Below are positions 7,601-17,971 of a stretch of DNA of 64,000 nt, piece by piece. Source of the DNA: a bacterium (GTDB lineage Bacteria; JAHJDO01). Both the position numbers and the translations under genes were made by a program. The notes beneath the pieces were generated by a model. The model did no database searches, had not been told where the DNA came from, and worked only from the letters and a program-made list of their open reading frames with translations. How positions within the stretch are numbered: position 1 is the first letter of the stretch; every line of letters begins with the position of its first letter. The stretch is from the NCBI GenBank assembly GCA_018812485.1, contig JAHJDO010000103.1, positions 3,929 through 67,928 on the forward strand, given 5' to 3'.

Positions 7601-9829
7601 TTTGCAAATGTTGTATTTCCAATAGCGGTTGATAAGGAATTTCAGTATGAAATACCTGAGAGCATTGGATATAGGATTGAGGTCGGAATGCGGGTGTCTG
7701 TGCCCTTCGGCAGGCGTAAGAGCATTGGATATGTTGTAAGCATTACGGATAAAGCTGTTTATAAGAATCTAAAAGCTATAAGCAGACTGCTGGATAATTT
7801 TGCAGTGTTTGATGAAAAGATGCTTGAGTTCACAAAGTGGATAAGCAGGTATTATTACTGCAGCTGGGGAATAGTGCTTGAGACAGCCTTGCCGCCGGGC
7901 ATGAAAAAAGAAGTCATCTCACGTAAAAAGCAGAGGATTGTATCTGTAGCAAAACCTCAAAAGACAATCTGTTCTGACATTGATTCCAAAAAGATAAAAT
8001 CTGCAAAACAGATAAAAGTCCTGAAGATATTATTATCAGCTAAAGGAATTTGTATGGAATGCAAGGCATTGTGCGGTTTCGCAGGTGTAACAGAAGCTGT
8101 TGTGAAATCATTGAAGAAGAATGGATATGTAGGTGTAAGTCCTAAGGTTTTTTACAGAGACCCGTTTGCAAGAGAGACTGTTATAAATACTCAACATCTT
8201 TCTCTGACCAGTGATCAAAGCAGTGTTCTTAAAAAGGTAGTAAGTTCTATTAAAAAAGGATGCTTCAATACCTTTTTGCTTCATGGTATTACAGGCAGTG
8301 GGAAAACGGAGATTTATCTTCAGACAATTGATTTCTGCATAAAAAACAAAAAACAGGCAATTGTCCTTGTTCCTGAGATATCTTTAGCTTCCCAGATTAT
8401 TCAAATATTCAAATCGCGCTTTGGAGACAGAGTTGCCATATTGCATAGCCGCTTATCCAAAGGGGAAAGATATGATGAATGGGAGAAAATCAAAAAGGGA
8501 AAAGTAGATATTGTTGTTGGTGCAAGGTCAGCAATATTTGCGCCGTTTAGTAATACCGGGCTGATAATAGTGGATGAATCACATGAGCCTGCATATAAAC
8601 AAGGAGAGACGCCCAGATATAATGGCAGGGATGTGGCTATAATGCGCGGAAAACTCGCTAATATAACGGTTTTGCTTGGAACAGCCACTCCTTCCCTTGA
8701 GACATATTATAATATAGAAGCAGGGAAGTATGAACTTATTGAGTTGAAAGAGCGAATAGATAAAAGAAAGCTGCCTGATGTCAGGATTGTTGATATGCAG
8801 GACCGCAATGTGAAGATTCCTGAGTCTCAGGTTTTCTCAAAGCCGTTGCTACTGGCTATCAAAGATAAACTTTCAAAGAAAGAGCAAATAATATTGTTTT
8901 TAAACAGGCGGGGTTTTTCAACATATATTATGTGCTATAAATGCGGCTATGTTGCAAGATGTCCGGAATGTAACGTGTCGCTGGTTTATCATTCACAACA
9001 GGATAAAGTGAGATGCCATTATTGCAATTTTGAGGATAAACCTCCAAATATATGTCCTGAGTGCCAGGCCTTCTATGTAAAATACAGTGGTTATGGAACA
9101 GAGAAAGTAGAGGAGGAAATATCAAGCTTATTCCCTCATGCGAAATATCAGAGAATGGATACAGATACTACAACCCGAAAGAATTCTCATCAGGGAATAT
9201 TAAGGGGATTCAAGCATCATGAATTTGATATACTTATAGGAACGCAGATGATAGCAAAAGGACTGGATTTTCCAAAAGTTACATTGGTAGGTGTTATTTC
9301 TGCCGATACAAGTCTTTTTTTTCCGGACTTCCGCTCAGGAGAAAGAACATTCCAGCTTTTAACGCAGATTGCAGGCCGTTCAGGCAGAGGGCCCGTCCCA
9401 GGCGAGGTTATTATTCAAACTTATAATCCAAATCATTTTAGTATTATTGCTTCAAGCACCTATAATTATAATGATTTCTACAAAAAGGAAATGCTTTTCA
9501 GAAAAGGTCTTAACTACCCGCCTTTCAGACACATAGTTCTAATAACCGTCAAAGGACATGACAGCGCAAAGGTTATAAGAGCATCTAATGGTTTGGTTTT
9601 CCTGCTGAAGAAAGAATTGAGCGGTCAGGATTGTAAGCTTCTCGGTCCGGCGCCGGCTCCTATGGCAAAAATAAAGAATCAGTATCGCTGGCATATTCTT
9701 ATAAAGCATAAGATGCCTGGGAAAATAAACGGTTTTATTGAAAGATCTATGAAGGGATTAAAGCGCAGCAAGTTACAAATGGGGAAAACTAATATAATGG
9801 TGGATATTGATCCGATGAATACGCTCTGA
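7589..9829 (+). CDS. priA: Primosomal protein N' (replication restart helicase)
   Basis: GITGSGKTE, DESH, LNRRG, paired CxxC zinc motifs, GTQMIAKGLDF, QIAGRSGR. Confidence 0.97.
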   Translation: MNKKFANVVFPIAVDKEFQYEIPESIGYRIEVGMRVSVPFGRRKSIGYVVSITDKAVYKNLKAISRLLDNFAVFDEKMLEFTKWISRYYYCSWGIVLETALPPGMKKEVISRKKQRIVSVAKPQKTICSDIDSKKIKSAKQIKVLKILLSAKGICMECKALCGFAGVTEAVVKSLKKNGYVGVSPKVFYRDPFARETVINTQHLSLTSDQSSVLKKVVSSIKKGCFNTFLLHGITGSGKTEIYLQTIDFCIKNKKQAIVLVPEISLASQIIQIFKSRFGDRVAILHSRLSKGERYDEWEKIKKGKVDIVVGARSAIFAPFSNTGLIIVDESHEPAYKQGETPRYNGRDVAIMRGKLANITVLLGTATPSLETYYNIEAGKYELIELKERIDKRKLPDVRIVDMQDRNVKIPESQVFSKPLLLAIKDKLSKKEQIILFLNRRGFSTYIMCYKCGYVARCPECNVSLVYHSQQDKVRCHYCNFEDKPPNICPECQAFYVKYSGYGTEKVEEEISSLFPHAKYQRMDTDTTTRKNSHQGILRGFKHHEFDILIGTQMIAKGLDFPKVTLVGVISADTSLFFPDFRSGERTFQLLTQIAGRSGRGPVPGEVIIQTYNPNHFSIIASSTYNYNDFYKKEMLFRKGLNYPPFRHIVLITVKGHDSAKVIRASNGLVFLLKKELSGQDCKLLGPAPAPMAKIKNQYRWHILIKHKMPGKINGFIERSMKGLKRSKLQMGKTNIMVDIDPMNTL

Positions 9830-9838
9830 AAATTTTTC

Positions 9839-9867
9839 TTGAACTTAGCATATTAGATTGCTATCAT
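9839..9867 (+). promoter_or_regulatory. Sigma70-type promoter of gcv leader
   Basis: TTGAAC-17 bp-TATCAT with TGn extension, about 30 bp before the riboswitch. Confidence 0.6.
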
Positions 9868-9896
9868 AAAATGCAATTTAAATTTACCCATTTGAT

Positions 9897-10076
9897 GAAT
9901 GTGGGAGAGATTCTAGGCTAACGGTTGTGTATTTCAGCTTGGGGCGCCGAAGGGGTAATACTCTCAGGCAAAAGGACCGCATTCTGATGGGCCTCTGGAG
10001 AAGACAGAATTACCGAAGGGGTAATTTCTCTGAATAGAGTTTAGAGAAAGATCTCTCAGGTTAAAAAGGACAGGGG
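9897..10076 (+). ncRNA. Tandem glycine riboswitch (two aptamers)
   Basis: Two copies of GGAGA...CCGAAGGGGTAA...CTCTCAGG...AAAAGGAC; P1 stems GAATGTG/CGCATTC and CCTCTG/CAGGGG; directly upstream of gcvT. Confidence 0.96.
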
Positions 10077-10111
10077 AGAGTGATTGGAATAATCATTCTC
10101 CCTATTTTTTT
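10073..10111 (+). terminator. Intrinsic terminator serving as riboswitch expression platform
   Basis: 13-bp stem GGGGAGAGTGATT/AATCATTCTCCCT, then A and T7; its 5' arm overlaps the 3' strand of aptamer-2 P1, consistent with an ON switch. Confidence 0.88.
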
Positions 10112-10130
10112 GGAATAAAAGAAGGTTTTT

Positions 10131-11204
10131 ATGAAAACCCCGTTGTATGACTGGCATGTTGCTAATAAAGCGAGAATGGTTGAATTTGGCGGATGGGAAA
10201 TGCCTGTTTATTATACTACTGTTTCAGATGAACACAATTGTGTCAGAAAAAATGTCGGGCTTTTTGACCTGTGTCATATGGGGCAGATTAGTGTTTCAGG
10301 AGATAATGCATTGGAATTTCTGCAACAGATAGCAACTAACAATATTTCCAAGATAGCACCCGGCCAGGTTCAGTATTCTCTGGTTTGCAATAATTCTGGC
10401 GGAGTTATTGATGATGTTCTTGTGTATAAGAAGAGTAATAGTTATCTTGTTATAGTAAATGCATCTAATACTCAGAAGGATTTTGAATGGTTTAATGCGC
10501 ATAAAATTAGCGATGCAGAGATTAGTAATGTATCAAATGATATTTTAATGTTAGCAGTACAGGGTCCAAATGCCGAAAAGTGTCTTCAGAAGATTGTGAA
10601 TATAGATTTAAAAGAGATAAAGTATTATTATTTCAAAATGGGGGAGATAAACGGGACGAAGTCCCTGATATCACGAACAGGTTATACAGGGGAAGACGGG
10701 TTTGAAATATATGCAGAATGCGACACGAAGGTATGGGAAGCTATACTTGATGCAGGAAAAGAATACGCAATTAAACCAATAGGGCTTGGAGCACGGGATA
10801 CTTTGCGTTTAGAAGCAGCAATGCCTCTTTATGGACATGAATTAGATATAGATACTAATCCGTTGGAAGCCGGATTAGGACATTTTGTAGACAGCAATAA
10901 AAAAGGGTTCATAGGAAAAGATGCGATTGAAAGGATAAAGAAAGAAGGAATAAGTAAAAAACTAGTTGCGTTTCGTATGCTGGATAGAGGCATACCAAGG
11001 CATGGATATAAAATAGTTAAAAATGGTAAAATAGCTGGAAAGGTGACAAGCGGCACAATGTCTCCGACTTTGAATGAAGCAATAGGATTGGGGTATATAG
11101 GGGAAGAGTACTCGGATTTAAACACAAAGATAGATATTGTTATAAGAGATAAAGGTTATGAAGCAATTATTATAAAGAAGCCATTTTATAAAAGGAAGGG
11201 ATAG
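10131..11204 (+). CDS. gcvT: Glycine cleavage system aminomethyltransferase T
   Basis: KTPLY, FGGWEMPV, SRTGYTGEDGFE, GLGARDTLRLEA. Confidence 0.97.
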   Translation: MKTPLYDWHVANKARMVEFGGWEMPVYYTTVSDEHNCVRKNVGLFDLCHMGQISVSGDNALEFLQQIATNNISKIAPGQVQYSLVCNNSGGVIDDVLVYKKSNSYLVIVNASNTQKDFEWFNAHKISDAEISNVSNDILMLAVQGPNAEKCLQKIVNIDLKEIKYYYFKMGEINGTKSLISRTGYTGEDGFEIYAECDTKVWEAILDAGKEYAIKPIGLGARDTLRLEAAMPLYGHELDIDTNPLEAGLGHFVDSNKKGFIGKDAIERIKKEGISKKLVAFRMLDRGIPRHGYKIVKNGKIAGKVTSGTMSPTLNEAIGLGYIGEEYSDLNTKIDIVIRDKGYEAIIIKKPFYKRKG

Positions 11205-11206
11205 TA

Positions 11207-11599
11207 ATGGGAACAGAGAAAAAGGGATTTAAATTCTTAGAAACACATGAATGGATTAATGTCTCAGGAAATATTGGCAGAGTAGGGCTCTCGGAGTATG
11301 CAGTAAAAGAATTAAATGAGGTGGTTTTTATTGAACTCCCTGAAGTTGGAGTGCAAGTTAGCCATAGCAAACCATTTGGAACAGTTGAATCTGTTAAAGC
11401 AGTTTTTGATTTGAATTCACCGGTAACAGGAAAGGTTGTAGCTGTAAACCAATTAGTAAAAGACAGCCCTGAAAAGGTTGCCTCAGATCCCTATGAAGAA
11501 GGATGGATGATAGAAATAGAATTACCCGATGTTTCTGAGCTAGATTCATTAATGGATTATGAAGAGTACAATCAATTTCTTGAAAGCAAGGTAAAATAA
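11207..11599 (+). CDS. gcvH: Glycine cleavage system H protein
   Basis: HEWI, VESVKAV lipoyl-Lys, DPYEEGWM. Confidence 0.96.
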   Translation: MGTEKKGFKFLETHEWINVSGNIGRVGLSEYAVKELNEVVFIELPEVGVQVSHSKPFGTVESVKAVFDLNSPVTGKVVAVNQLVKDSPEKVASDPYEEGWMIEIELPDVSELDSLMDYEEYNQFLESKVK

Positions 11600-11600
11600 A

Positions 11601-12941
11601 ATGGTATATATACCTAATACTTCCAGAGATAAGAAAGAAATGTTAGAGACTGTAGGATGTAAATCTATAGATGATTTATTTATAGGAATAGATCAAAGAG
11701 TTAAGTTAAAGGGCAAATTGAAATTGCCGAAATCCCTTTCTGAAATGGAAGTTACTGCCCTTATAAAAGAGATAGGGGAGAAAAATGCTGGTTTAAAAGA
11801 TTATATATCGTTTCTTGGCGGGGGAGCGTATGAACATTTTATTCCGAGTGTTGTGAAGCATATTACAGGAAGGTCAGAATTCTATACCGCTTATACTCCA
11901 TATCAGGCTGAAGCAAGTCAGGGGACATTGCAGGCAATATATGAATATCAGTCTCTTATATGCGAGCTTACTGGGATGGATGTTTCAAATGCATCTATGT
12001 ATGATGGAGCATCAGCAGTGTCTGAAGCAGCTTTTATGGCATCAAGAATTACTGGTCTAAAGAAAATTATTGTCTCTGAAACAGTTCATCCGCATTACCG
12101 CCAGGTTTTGAAAACATATACTGAAGCCGCTGATTTGGAATTGCGTGACATCGCATCCAGAGATGGAATGGTGGATATAGATATGTTGAAAGAATCGATA
12201 GATGATAATACAGCGTGTGTAATAATTCAGAATCCAAACTTTTTTGGATGTCTTGAACATGTGGATACTATTGAGCACATTGTCCATTCTAAGAAATCGC
12301 TGTTTATTATGTGTATTGATCCATTATCTCTCGGCATTTTAGCTCCACCAGGAGAATATGGAGCAGATATTGTTGTTGGAGAAGGGCAGTCTCTTGGTAA
12401 TAACCTTGCTTTTGGAGGTCCTTATTTAGGGCTTTTTTCCTGCAAGAAAGATTTTCTTCGGCAAATGCCCGGAAGAATTGTGGGGAGAACGAAGGATAAA
12501 AATGGGAATACTGGATATGTTCTCACTCTGCAAACACGTGAACAGCATATAAGAAGAGCGAGAGCAACCTCGAATATCTGCTCTAATCAGGCTTTAAACG
12601 CTCTTGCCTGTACTGTATATCTTTCATGTATGGGGAAACAGGGTATTACCGATGTAGGTAATTTATGTTTGCAGAAAGCTCATTATGCTCAAAAAGAGAT
12701 TGAAAAGATAGATGGATATACTCTGAAATTCAAGCAGCCGTTCTTTAAGGAATTTCTTATACAATGTCCCATGAATCCTGAAGAAATTAATAAGAGGTTA
12801 TTAGAGCACAATATAATTGGCGGTCTCTCAGTTGACAAATTTTATCCTGAATTAAAAGACTGCATGCTTGTGTGTATAACTGAGATGAGAACAAAAGGAC
12901 AGATTGACAAGTTTGTTAATGTACTTGCTAAGATAGGTTAA
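11601..12941 (+). CDS. gcvPA: Glycine dehydrogenase subunit 1
   Basis: EFYTAYTPYQAEASQG, NASMYDG, QTREQHIRR, ATSNICSNQ. Confidence 0.97.
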   Translation: MVYIPNTSRDKKEMLETVGCKSIDDLFIGIDQRVKLKGKLKLPKSLSEMEVTALIKEIGEKNAGLKDYISFLGGGAYEHFIPSVVKHITGRSEFYTAYTPYQAEASQGTLQAIYEYQSLICELTGMDVSNASMYDGASAVSEAAFMASRITGLKKIIVSETVHPHYRQVLKTYTEAADLELRDIASRDGMVDIDMLKESIDDNTACVIIQNPNFFGCLEHVDTIEHIVHSKKSLFIMCIDPLSLGILAPPGEYGADIVVGEGQSLGNNLAFGGPYLGLFSCKKDFLRQMPGRIVGRTKDKNGNTGYVLTLQTREQHIRRARATSNICSNQALNALACTVYLSCMGKQGITDVGNLCLQKAHYAQKEIEKIDGYTLKFKQPFFKEFLIQCPMNPEEINKRLLEHNIIGGLSVDKFYPELKDCMLVCITEMRTKGQIDKFVNVLAKIG

Positions 12942-12994
12942 AGCTTAAAAAGAGATAAATGCCTTAATCACGCCATGTCATATGATATTCTTTT

Positions 12995-13822
12995 TTATGC
13001 ACGTGTTTTTCCTCCTGAAATATTATATGTCGTTCCAGTAATATAACTTGCTCTTTTAGAAGCTAAAAAACAGACTAAATCTGATACTTCTCTTAATTTT
13101 CCGACTTTTTCCAATGGAACAGAAACTTTTTTATATCCTTCTCTAAGCTGTTTTATTGTTATTCCTCTTGTGTAAGCAAGAGCTTTTTCATATTCAGGGT
13201 TTCTCAATGCTGTTTTTTCTAATATGCCTGGAGCAACTCCAATTACTCTTATCCCGTATCTTCCCAATTCTTTACCCCATGATCTTGTAAATGCATACAA
13301 AGCTGCCTTTGTAGCTGCATAGCAGCTTTGCCCTTCGGAGCCCTCTAATCCACATTCAGATGTTATGTTAATTATTGCTCCTTCAACTTGTTTTTTAATC
13401 ATCTCTCTTACGACCGCTTGTGTGCATAAATAAACGCCCTTCTGGTTTATAGATATCATCCTGTCAAATTCATCTTCGTGAAGTTCATATTTTCCTTTGG
13501 GGTCATTAGGTGAGACAAGCAGTCTTGGAATATTAATTCCCGCATTGTTAACCAGAATATCTATTTTATTGTAAGCTTCAATAGTTTTTTTAACCATTCT
13601 TTCAACACTGGCTATTTTAGTAATGTCAGTTTGAATATATAAATATTTTTCATTCTCTCTGGATAATTGTGGTTGTTTAATAATATCTTCACTTTTTTCC
13701 ATTATATCAGCTACAACAACGCTACAACCATTCTCAGCAAGTGCAATGGCTACTTCTCTACCAATACCTGATGCAGCGCCTGTTATAATTGCAATTTTAT
13801 CTTCCAGATTGAGCCAAGACAT
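12995..13822 (-). CDS. SDR oxidoreductase, sorbitol-6-phosphate 2-dehydrogenase type
   Basis: TGAASGIG, NNAGINIPRLL, GLEGSEGQSCYAATK, EYEKALAYTRG, SGGKTR; resembles Firmicutes-type SrlD/GutD. Confidence 0.85.
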   Translation of the reverse strand: MSWLNLEDKIAIITGAASGIGREVAIALAENGCSVVVADIMEKSEDIIKQPQLSRENEKYLYIQTDITKIASVERMVKKTIEAYNKIDILVNNAGINIPRLLVSPNDPKGKYELHEDEFDRMISINQKGVYLCTQAVVREMIKKQVEGAIINITSECGLEGSEGQSCYAATKAALYAFTRSWGKELGRYGIRVIGVAPGILEKTALRNPEYEKALAYTRGITIKQLREGYKKVSVPLEKVGKLREVSDLVCFLASKRASYITGTTYNISGGKTRA

Positions 13823-13839
13823 TTTACTTGCCCTCCTTT

Positions 13840-14961
13840 TTAGGTTAGTATCCTTTTTACTACATCTATTGTTTTGCCTGCATCACCTGTTGCCTGAGCT
13901 TTCTTTAACTCATCTCGTCTGGCATAAATCATAAGAGCCTTTTTCATTACATTGGCAAACAGCTCTCTTGAGAGTGACATTGCTTTTACAGGGTTCATCC
14001 TGTAAGTGAACTGATCTTCACCGAACCATCCCTGATATCCTGTATCAATTGCTGCGTAACAGAAATCTGCAAGTCTCCAGTTATCTCCTGTTCCGGCAAC
14101 TCTGTCCTCATCATTGGAATGCAATTTTGCGTTATTAACGTGGAAATTGACAACAGGTATGCCAAATTTTTTAGCTGTGTATAAATTATCTGCCGGCTCA
14201 TTTCCATACATCTGCTCATGTCCGTAATCTATTGCAACACCCATGTTTTTTCCTCCGCAGGCAGAGTTGACACAGCCTGCAACAAGCATTGCCTTTGGAG
14301 TTGTTGATATGATCATATTGCCTTCTCTTGGCTCGTGAAGCTTTGCTTCAACTCCGAATTTTAATCCAAGTTTTTTTGCCTTTTTGTTTATCTCGATACA
14401 TCCTTGTACAAATCTGTCAAGAAGCACGCCATAATCAGCCTGAAAGTTATAATCCCAACCGTCTGAACCAGGCCACAGAGCAACGCTTATACATCCGACT
14501 TCTTTTGCTATTTCAACTCCCTGAAGCGCTATTTTGAGAGCATCTTTTCTTACTGCTGAATTTGCATTTGTTATCCCGCCGAACTTCCACTTTGGATCAG
14601 TCCACAGGTTTGTATTCATATTTGTCGGCGTAATTTTATACTTCTTAAGCGCTTTTTTTACTTCATCTATGACTTTCTGGTCCTTTTTGTAATTTTTGTC
14701 TATAAAAACAGACTCGTGAAATTCTATTCCAGCTATTCCTGCTTCTGCTACTCTTTGTATTTGTGAAACGATATCACTTTTAAAATTTTCCTTATTACTG
14801 TTATATCCAAGAGGTGCAAACCTGTCGCAGAAGTCCCCTGCGCACCAATGCCCCGCAGCAAACTTTATCTCGTATGTTTCAAAGAACGCATCAAGCTTTT
14901 TTCCTTCAAGATATCCTTGAAATTTTGGGAGTTGCTTCAAGGTGTTTTTATCTACTTTCAT
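13840..14961 (-). CDS. Sugar isomerase, xylose/L-rhamnose isomerase-like TIM barrel
   Basis: Metal-site motifs WPGSDG, EAKLHEPRE, DYGHEQM, FHVNN, NDED; substrate not determinable. Confidence 0.8.
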   Translation of the reverse strand: MKVDKNTLKQLPKFQGYLEGKKLDAFFETYEIKFAAGHWCAGDFCDRFAPLGYNSNKENFKSDIVSQIQRVAEAGIAGIEFHESVFIDKNYKKDQKVIDEVKKALKKYKITPTNMNTNLWTDPKWKFGGITNANSAVRKDALKIALQGVEIAKEVGCISVALWPGSDGWDYNFQADYGVLLDRFVQGCIEINKKAKKLGLKFGVEAKLHEPREGNMIISTTPKAMLVAGCVNSACGGKNMGVAIDYGHEQMYGNEPADNLYTAKKFGIPVVNFHVNNAKLHSNDEDRVAGTGDNWRLADFCYAAIDTGYQGWFGEDQFTYRMNPVKAMSLSRELFANVMKKALMIYARRDELKKAQATGDAGKTIDVVKRILT

Positions 14962-14965
14962 TCTT

Positions 14966-17962
14966 TCAATCTCCTGTTTTGTTATATTCGATAATTTCTA
15001 CTTTACCAAATATTCCATAAGATACAAACTTATATTTATCTGTCCATTTTTCTTCCTTGCAAAAATGTCCGGGACCTACTGATTTTAATTTACCTTTGTA
15101 GTGAAGCGGACCCAGCATATTTCTCAAGCTTCCAACAAGCTCAAGACCGATTTTGTTAGTGCCTCTCTTTAGAAGTTTTGTGATATCCAGTTCATACGGC
15201 TCCCAGCACAAAAGACCAGCTTGCCTGTTGTTTATCTTTATATTTATTATCGCTGCCTTATGCTTATTAATCTTGAGTATATATTTCCTGTTTTTTCTCT
15301 TATCAACAGATATATCCTGTTTGTACGTTATTGAACCCGGATAAAACGGAAAACCCTGTTCTACCCAATTACCTGTTTTGATTGTATTTTGTGATTTTTC
15401 AAGAACAAGATTATTCTTATTAACACTGAAATCTCCGACTATATAACAATTTTCCAGCTCAACATCCTGTCTGTATTTCTTTGTGACAAGCAAAACTTCG
15501 TTTTTCCCCTTTTTCAGATATTTGGCTACAGGGATTAATTTGAAACTTATGTCAATATACCACTCAGGGTTTTTATACATAACCTTTTTGTTATTAATAA
15601 AAATATCGAAGTTTTGTGGTTCTTCAATCAATAAATTGATGTTATTAGCAGAATCCAGATTTGACAAGAATTCAAATTTTAGAGAGACTTTTGCATTGTC
15701 TAAGTCTTTCATATTCTTGTATGCTTTCCAGAACTGAACGCCAGTGTTACTCTTTATCTCAGGCAATCCGAAGTGTTCTCTGATTTGTTCCTGAGCTTTC
15801 CATACAGGGAGGAGCATTCTGCTCCATTTTTTATCCTGTATTCTGTATCTACAGAAATCAAGTGTCAGAGCGTTCATATGAGACAACTCAATATTCCATT
15901 TATCCTTTGAAACTGCTACTTTTTGCGTCTCCATTTCCTTTCTTTCCACAGCTTTTGGTTTTTTCCCCGGATCCAATGAGAGAAGCAAAGAACCTGTTGA
16001 ATATATATGATGTTTTGTTTCAGCATAGCCTTCTGTGTTCACTGTTTCGACTTCACAGATATCTCCAGTTTCAGAATCCCATTTTTCAAAAACACCTTTC
16101 CCTTTCATCTTTATCGTAAGATCAAGCCCCATTTTTCTGTTCGTATTAACTAAAAACAGAAATTTCTTTTTGTTTATTTCTCTGAGCTGATAGATAATGT
16201 CTTTTGTATCATCTTTCTTCTTACCTGAAATTTGAACTTCTTTTTCCATGACTTTATTGAGTGTTTTTTCTATTTTATGCTTATCGTTATTTATTATCAG
16301 GGCATTTTTCTTTAAAAATTCTGTTATCTCTTTATTTAAATTTCCGTCTATTCTATCCGGTAGTTTTCCTATAGTCAGGATTTTTCCGCCTTGCGCAGTA
16401 AAGTTTTTTAGCAGTTTAAATATATTACTATTCCAGGTGATAGAGCAGGGAATAATTACCACTTTGTATCCGACTTCTCCGATTATAAATTTCCCGTCTT
16501 TTGTTTTTCCGTGCTTTTCAATTACCATCTCATCCCCGTAATCATAATCCCTGTGAATCTCAAGAAGGATTTTTGAAAGATTCAGGAATTCTTCGTCTAA
16601 TTCGTTCAATGCTTCGGTTCCTTTTGGATGATATACGCTCCATGCGCTTCCTATTGGATGAAGAACCAGAATATCCCTTACAGCTTTTCCCTGAGACAGA
16701 ATAAAACTCAGTCTGCCATAATAATCCTCTACTTTCTTGTAATACTTCCACCATGGAGATTGATAATGGATTGAGGCAGGAAAATCTCTTTTTCTGCAGC
16801 CTTTCAGAGAGTACAAAGATAAGTGCTGGCATCTGAAGTTCACACCAAGCGCATACTGCCAGTCTCCAACCCATTTCTGACCTTCAAAGCTAAAATCCCA
16901 GCCTGTGCATCCGTAAAGTTCTGACAGGACTCTTTTACGCCCAAGTTGATTTGCGGCAGATGAACACTGTTTTACTGTAAGAATTTCCGATATTCTTTCT
17001 GTGAGAATATCTATCCCCGGCTGATGCATGTACATATAATGAGGCATTGCCGCTCCTATAGAGCTAATTTGGTGTTTTAAAGTTTGTTCTGCATTGTAAT
17101 GCCCTGTTTGCTGAAGATTATGTTTTTCGCACCAGTTATAAATATTCTCAGAAAAGTTCTTGAGAAATAGTTCTGTTACGCATTTCCAATAATCGTATCG
17201 AACTTTTTTAAAATCGCCCGTTTCATATATTAAAGAGGGAAGTTTATCAATAATACTGTAATTGCATCTTGAGTTAAAATGTTCCGGAAGTTTATCTGTC
17301 CACGGCAATACAGCTTTTACTTCTTTGGGTTTGACTTTAGTGAAACTGGCCCAGTGATGATAATTCGGCTCATCAGTAAAAATGCCAGGTATTGCTCCGC
17401 CAAATTCTTTTCCTGTTTCTTTCAAATAAGCTTCATGTGTGCTTTTTATAAACGCATCAACTGCTTCTTTACTCATTGTGTCAAGATATGAAGCTCCGTT
17501 GTACCACGGGCTGTCAGGAGCATACTCAAAGGTTGCAACTAACAACTTGTTTTTGGCATTGGGTATGGCTTCTACCAATATCTTCTTTTTAATATTCTTA
17601 GCATCTTTCGAAGAAATTTCTCTAAAAACAACTCCTTTATTTCTATATTTCTTATTCTTTGATGTAACAATCCCGCCTGCCGCTCCGCTTGGCCAGCAGT
17701 CTTCGTCATAGAGCCATGCATTCATTTCTGTTTTTTTAGCCTCATCCACACATGCCTTTATCATCTTCATCCATTCTCGGGACAGGTATTCTGTAATAAG
17801 CCCAACCCTGGAGTGCATGAAAAACCCACCCATACCGGCTTTTTTCATCTCTCTTATCTGTCTTCTAAGTTCAGCTTGTTCCAGCTTATCATTCCAGCTC
17901 CAGAACGGCGCTCCCCGCCAATCTTTGCCTGGATTTTTAAATGTTTTTTGAATTTGGTTCAT
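14966..17962 (-). CDS. Glycoside hydrolase, GH106-related, no signal peptide
   Basis: PFWSWND, GGFFMHSRVGL, WLYDEDCWPSG, FTDEP, LSELYGCTGWD; C-terminal beta-sandwich. Confidence 0.78.
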   Translation of the reverse strand: MNQIQKTFKNPGKDWRGAPFWSWNDKLEQAELRRQIREMKKAGMGGFFMHSRVGLITEYLSREWMKMIKACVDEAKKTEMNAWLYDEDCWPSGAAGGIVTSKNKKYRNKGVVFREISSKDAKNIKKKILVEAIPNAKNKLLVATFEYAPDSPWYNGASYLDTMSKEAVDAFIKSTHEAYLKETGKEFGGAIPGIFTDEPNYHHWASFTKVKPKEVKAVLPWTDKLPEHFNSRCNYSIIDKLPSLIYETGDFKKVRYDYWKCVTELFLKNFSENIYNWCEKHNLQQTGHYNAEQTLKHQISSIGAAMPHYMYMHQPGIDILTERISEILTVKQCSSAANQLGRKRVLSELYGCTGWDFSFEGQKWVGDWQYALGVNFRCQHLSLYSLKGCRKRDFPASIHYQSPWWKYYKKVEDYYGRLSFILSQGKAVRDILVLHPIGSAWSVYHPKGTEALNELDEEFLNLSKILLEIHRDYDYGDEMVIEKHGKTKDGKFIIGEVGYKVVIIPCSITWNSNIFKLLKNFTAQGGKILTIGKLPDRIDGNLNKEITEFLKKNALIINNDKHKIEKTLNKVMEKEVQISGKKKDDTKDIIYQLREINKKKFLFLVNTNRKMGLDLTIKMKGKGVFEKWDSETGDICEVETVNTEGYAETKHHIYSTGSLLLSLDPGKKPKAVERKEMETQKVAVSKDKWNIELSHMNALTLDFCRYRIQDKKWSRMLLPVWKAQEQIREHFGLPEIKSNTGVQFWKAYKNMKDLDNAKVSLKFEFLSNLDSANNINLLIEEPQNFDIFINNKKVMYKNPEWYIDISFKLIPVAKYLKKGKNEVLLVTKKYRQDVELENCYIVGDFSVNKNNLVLEKSQNTIKTGNWVEQGFPFYPGSITYKQDISVDKRKNRKYILKINKHKAAIINIKINNRQAGLLCWEPYELDITKLLKRGTNKIGLELVGSLRNMLGPLHYKGKLKSVGPGHFCKEEKWTDKYKFVSYGIFGKVEIIEYNKTGD

Positions 17963-17971
17963 GATTTCTCC

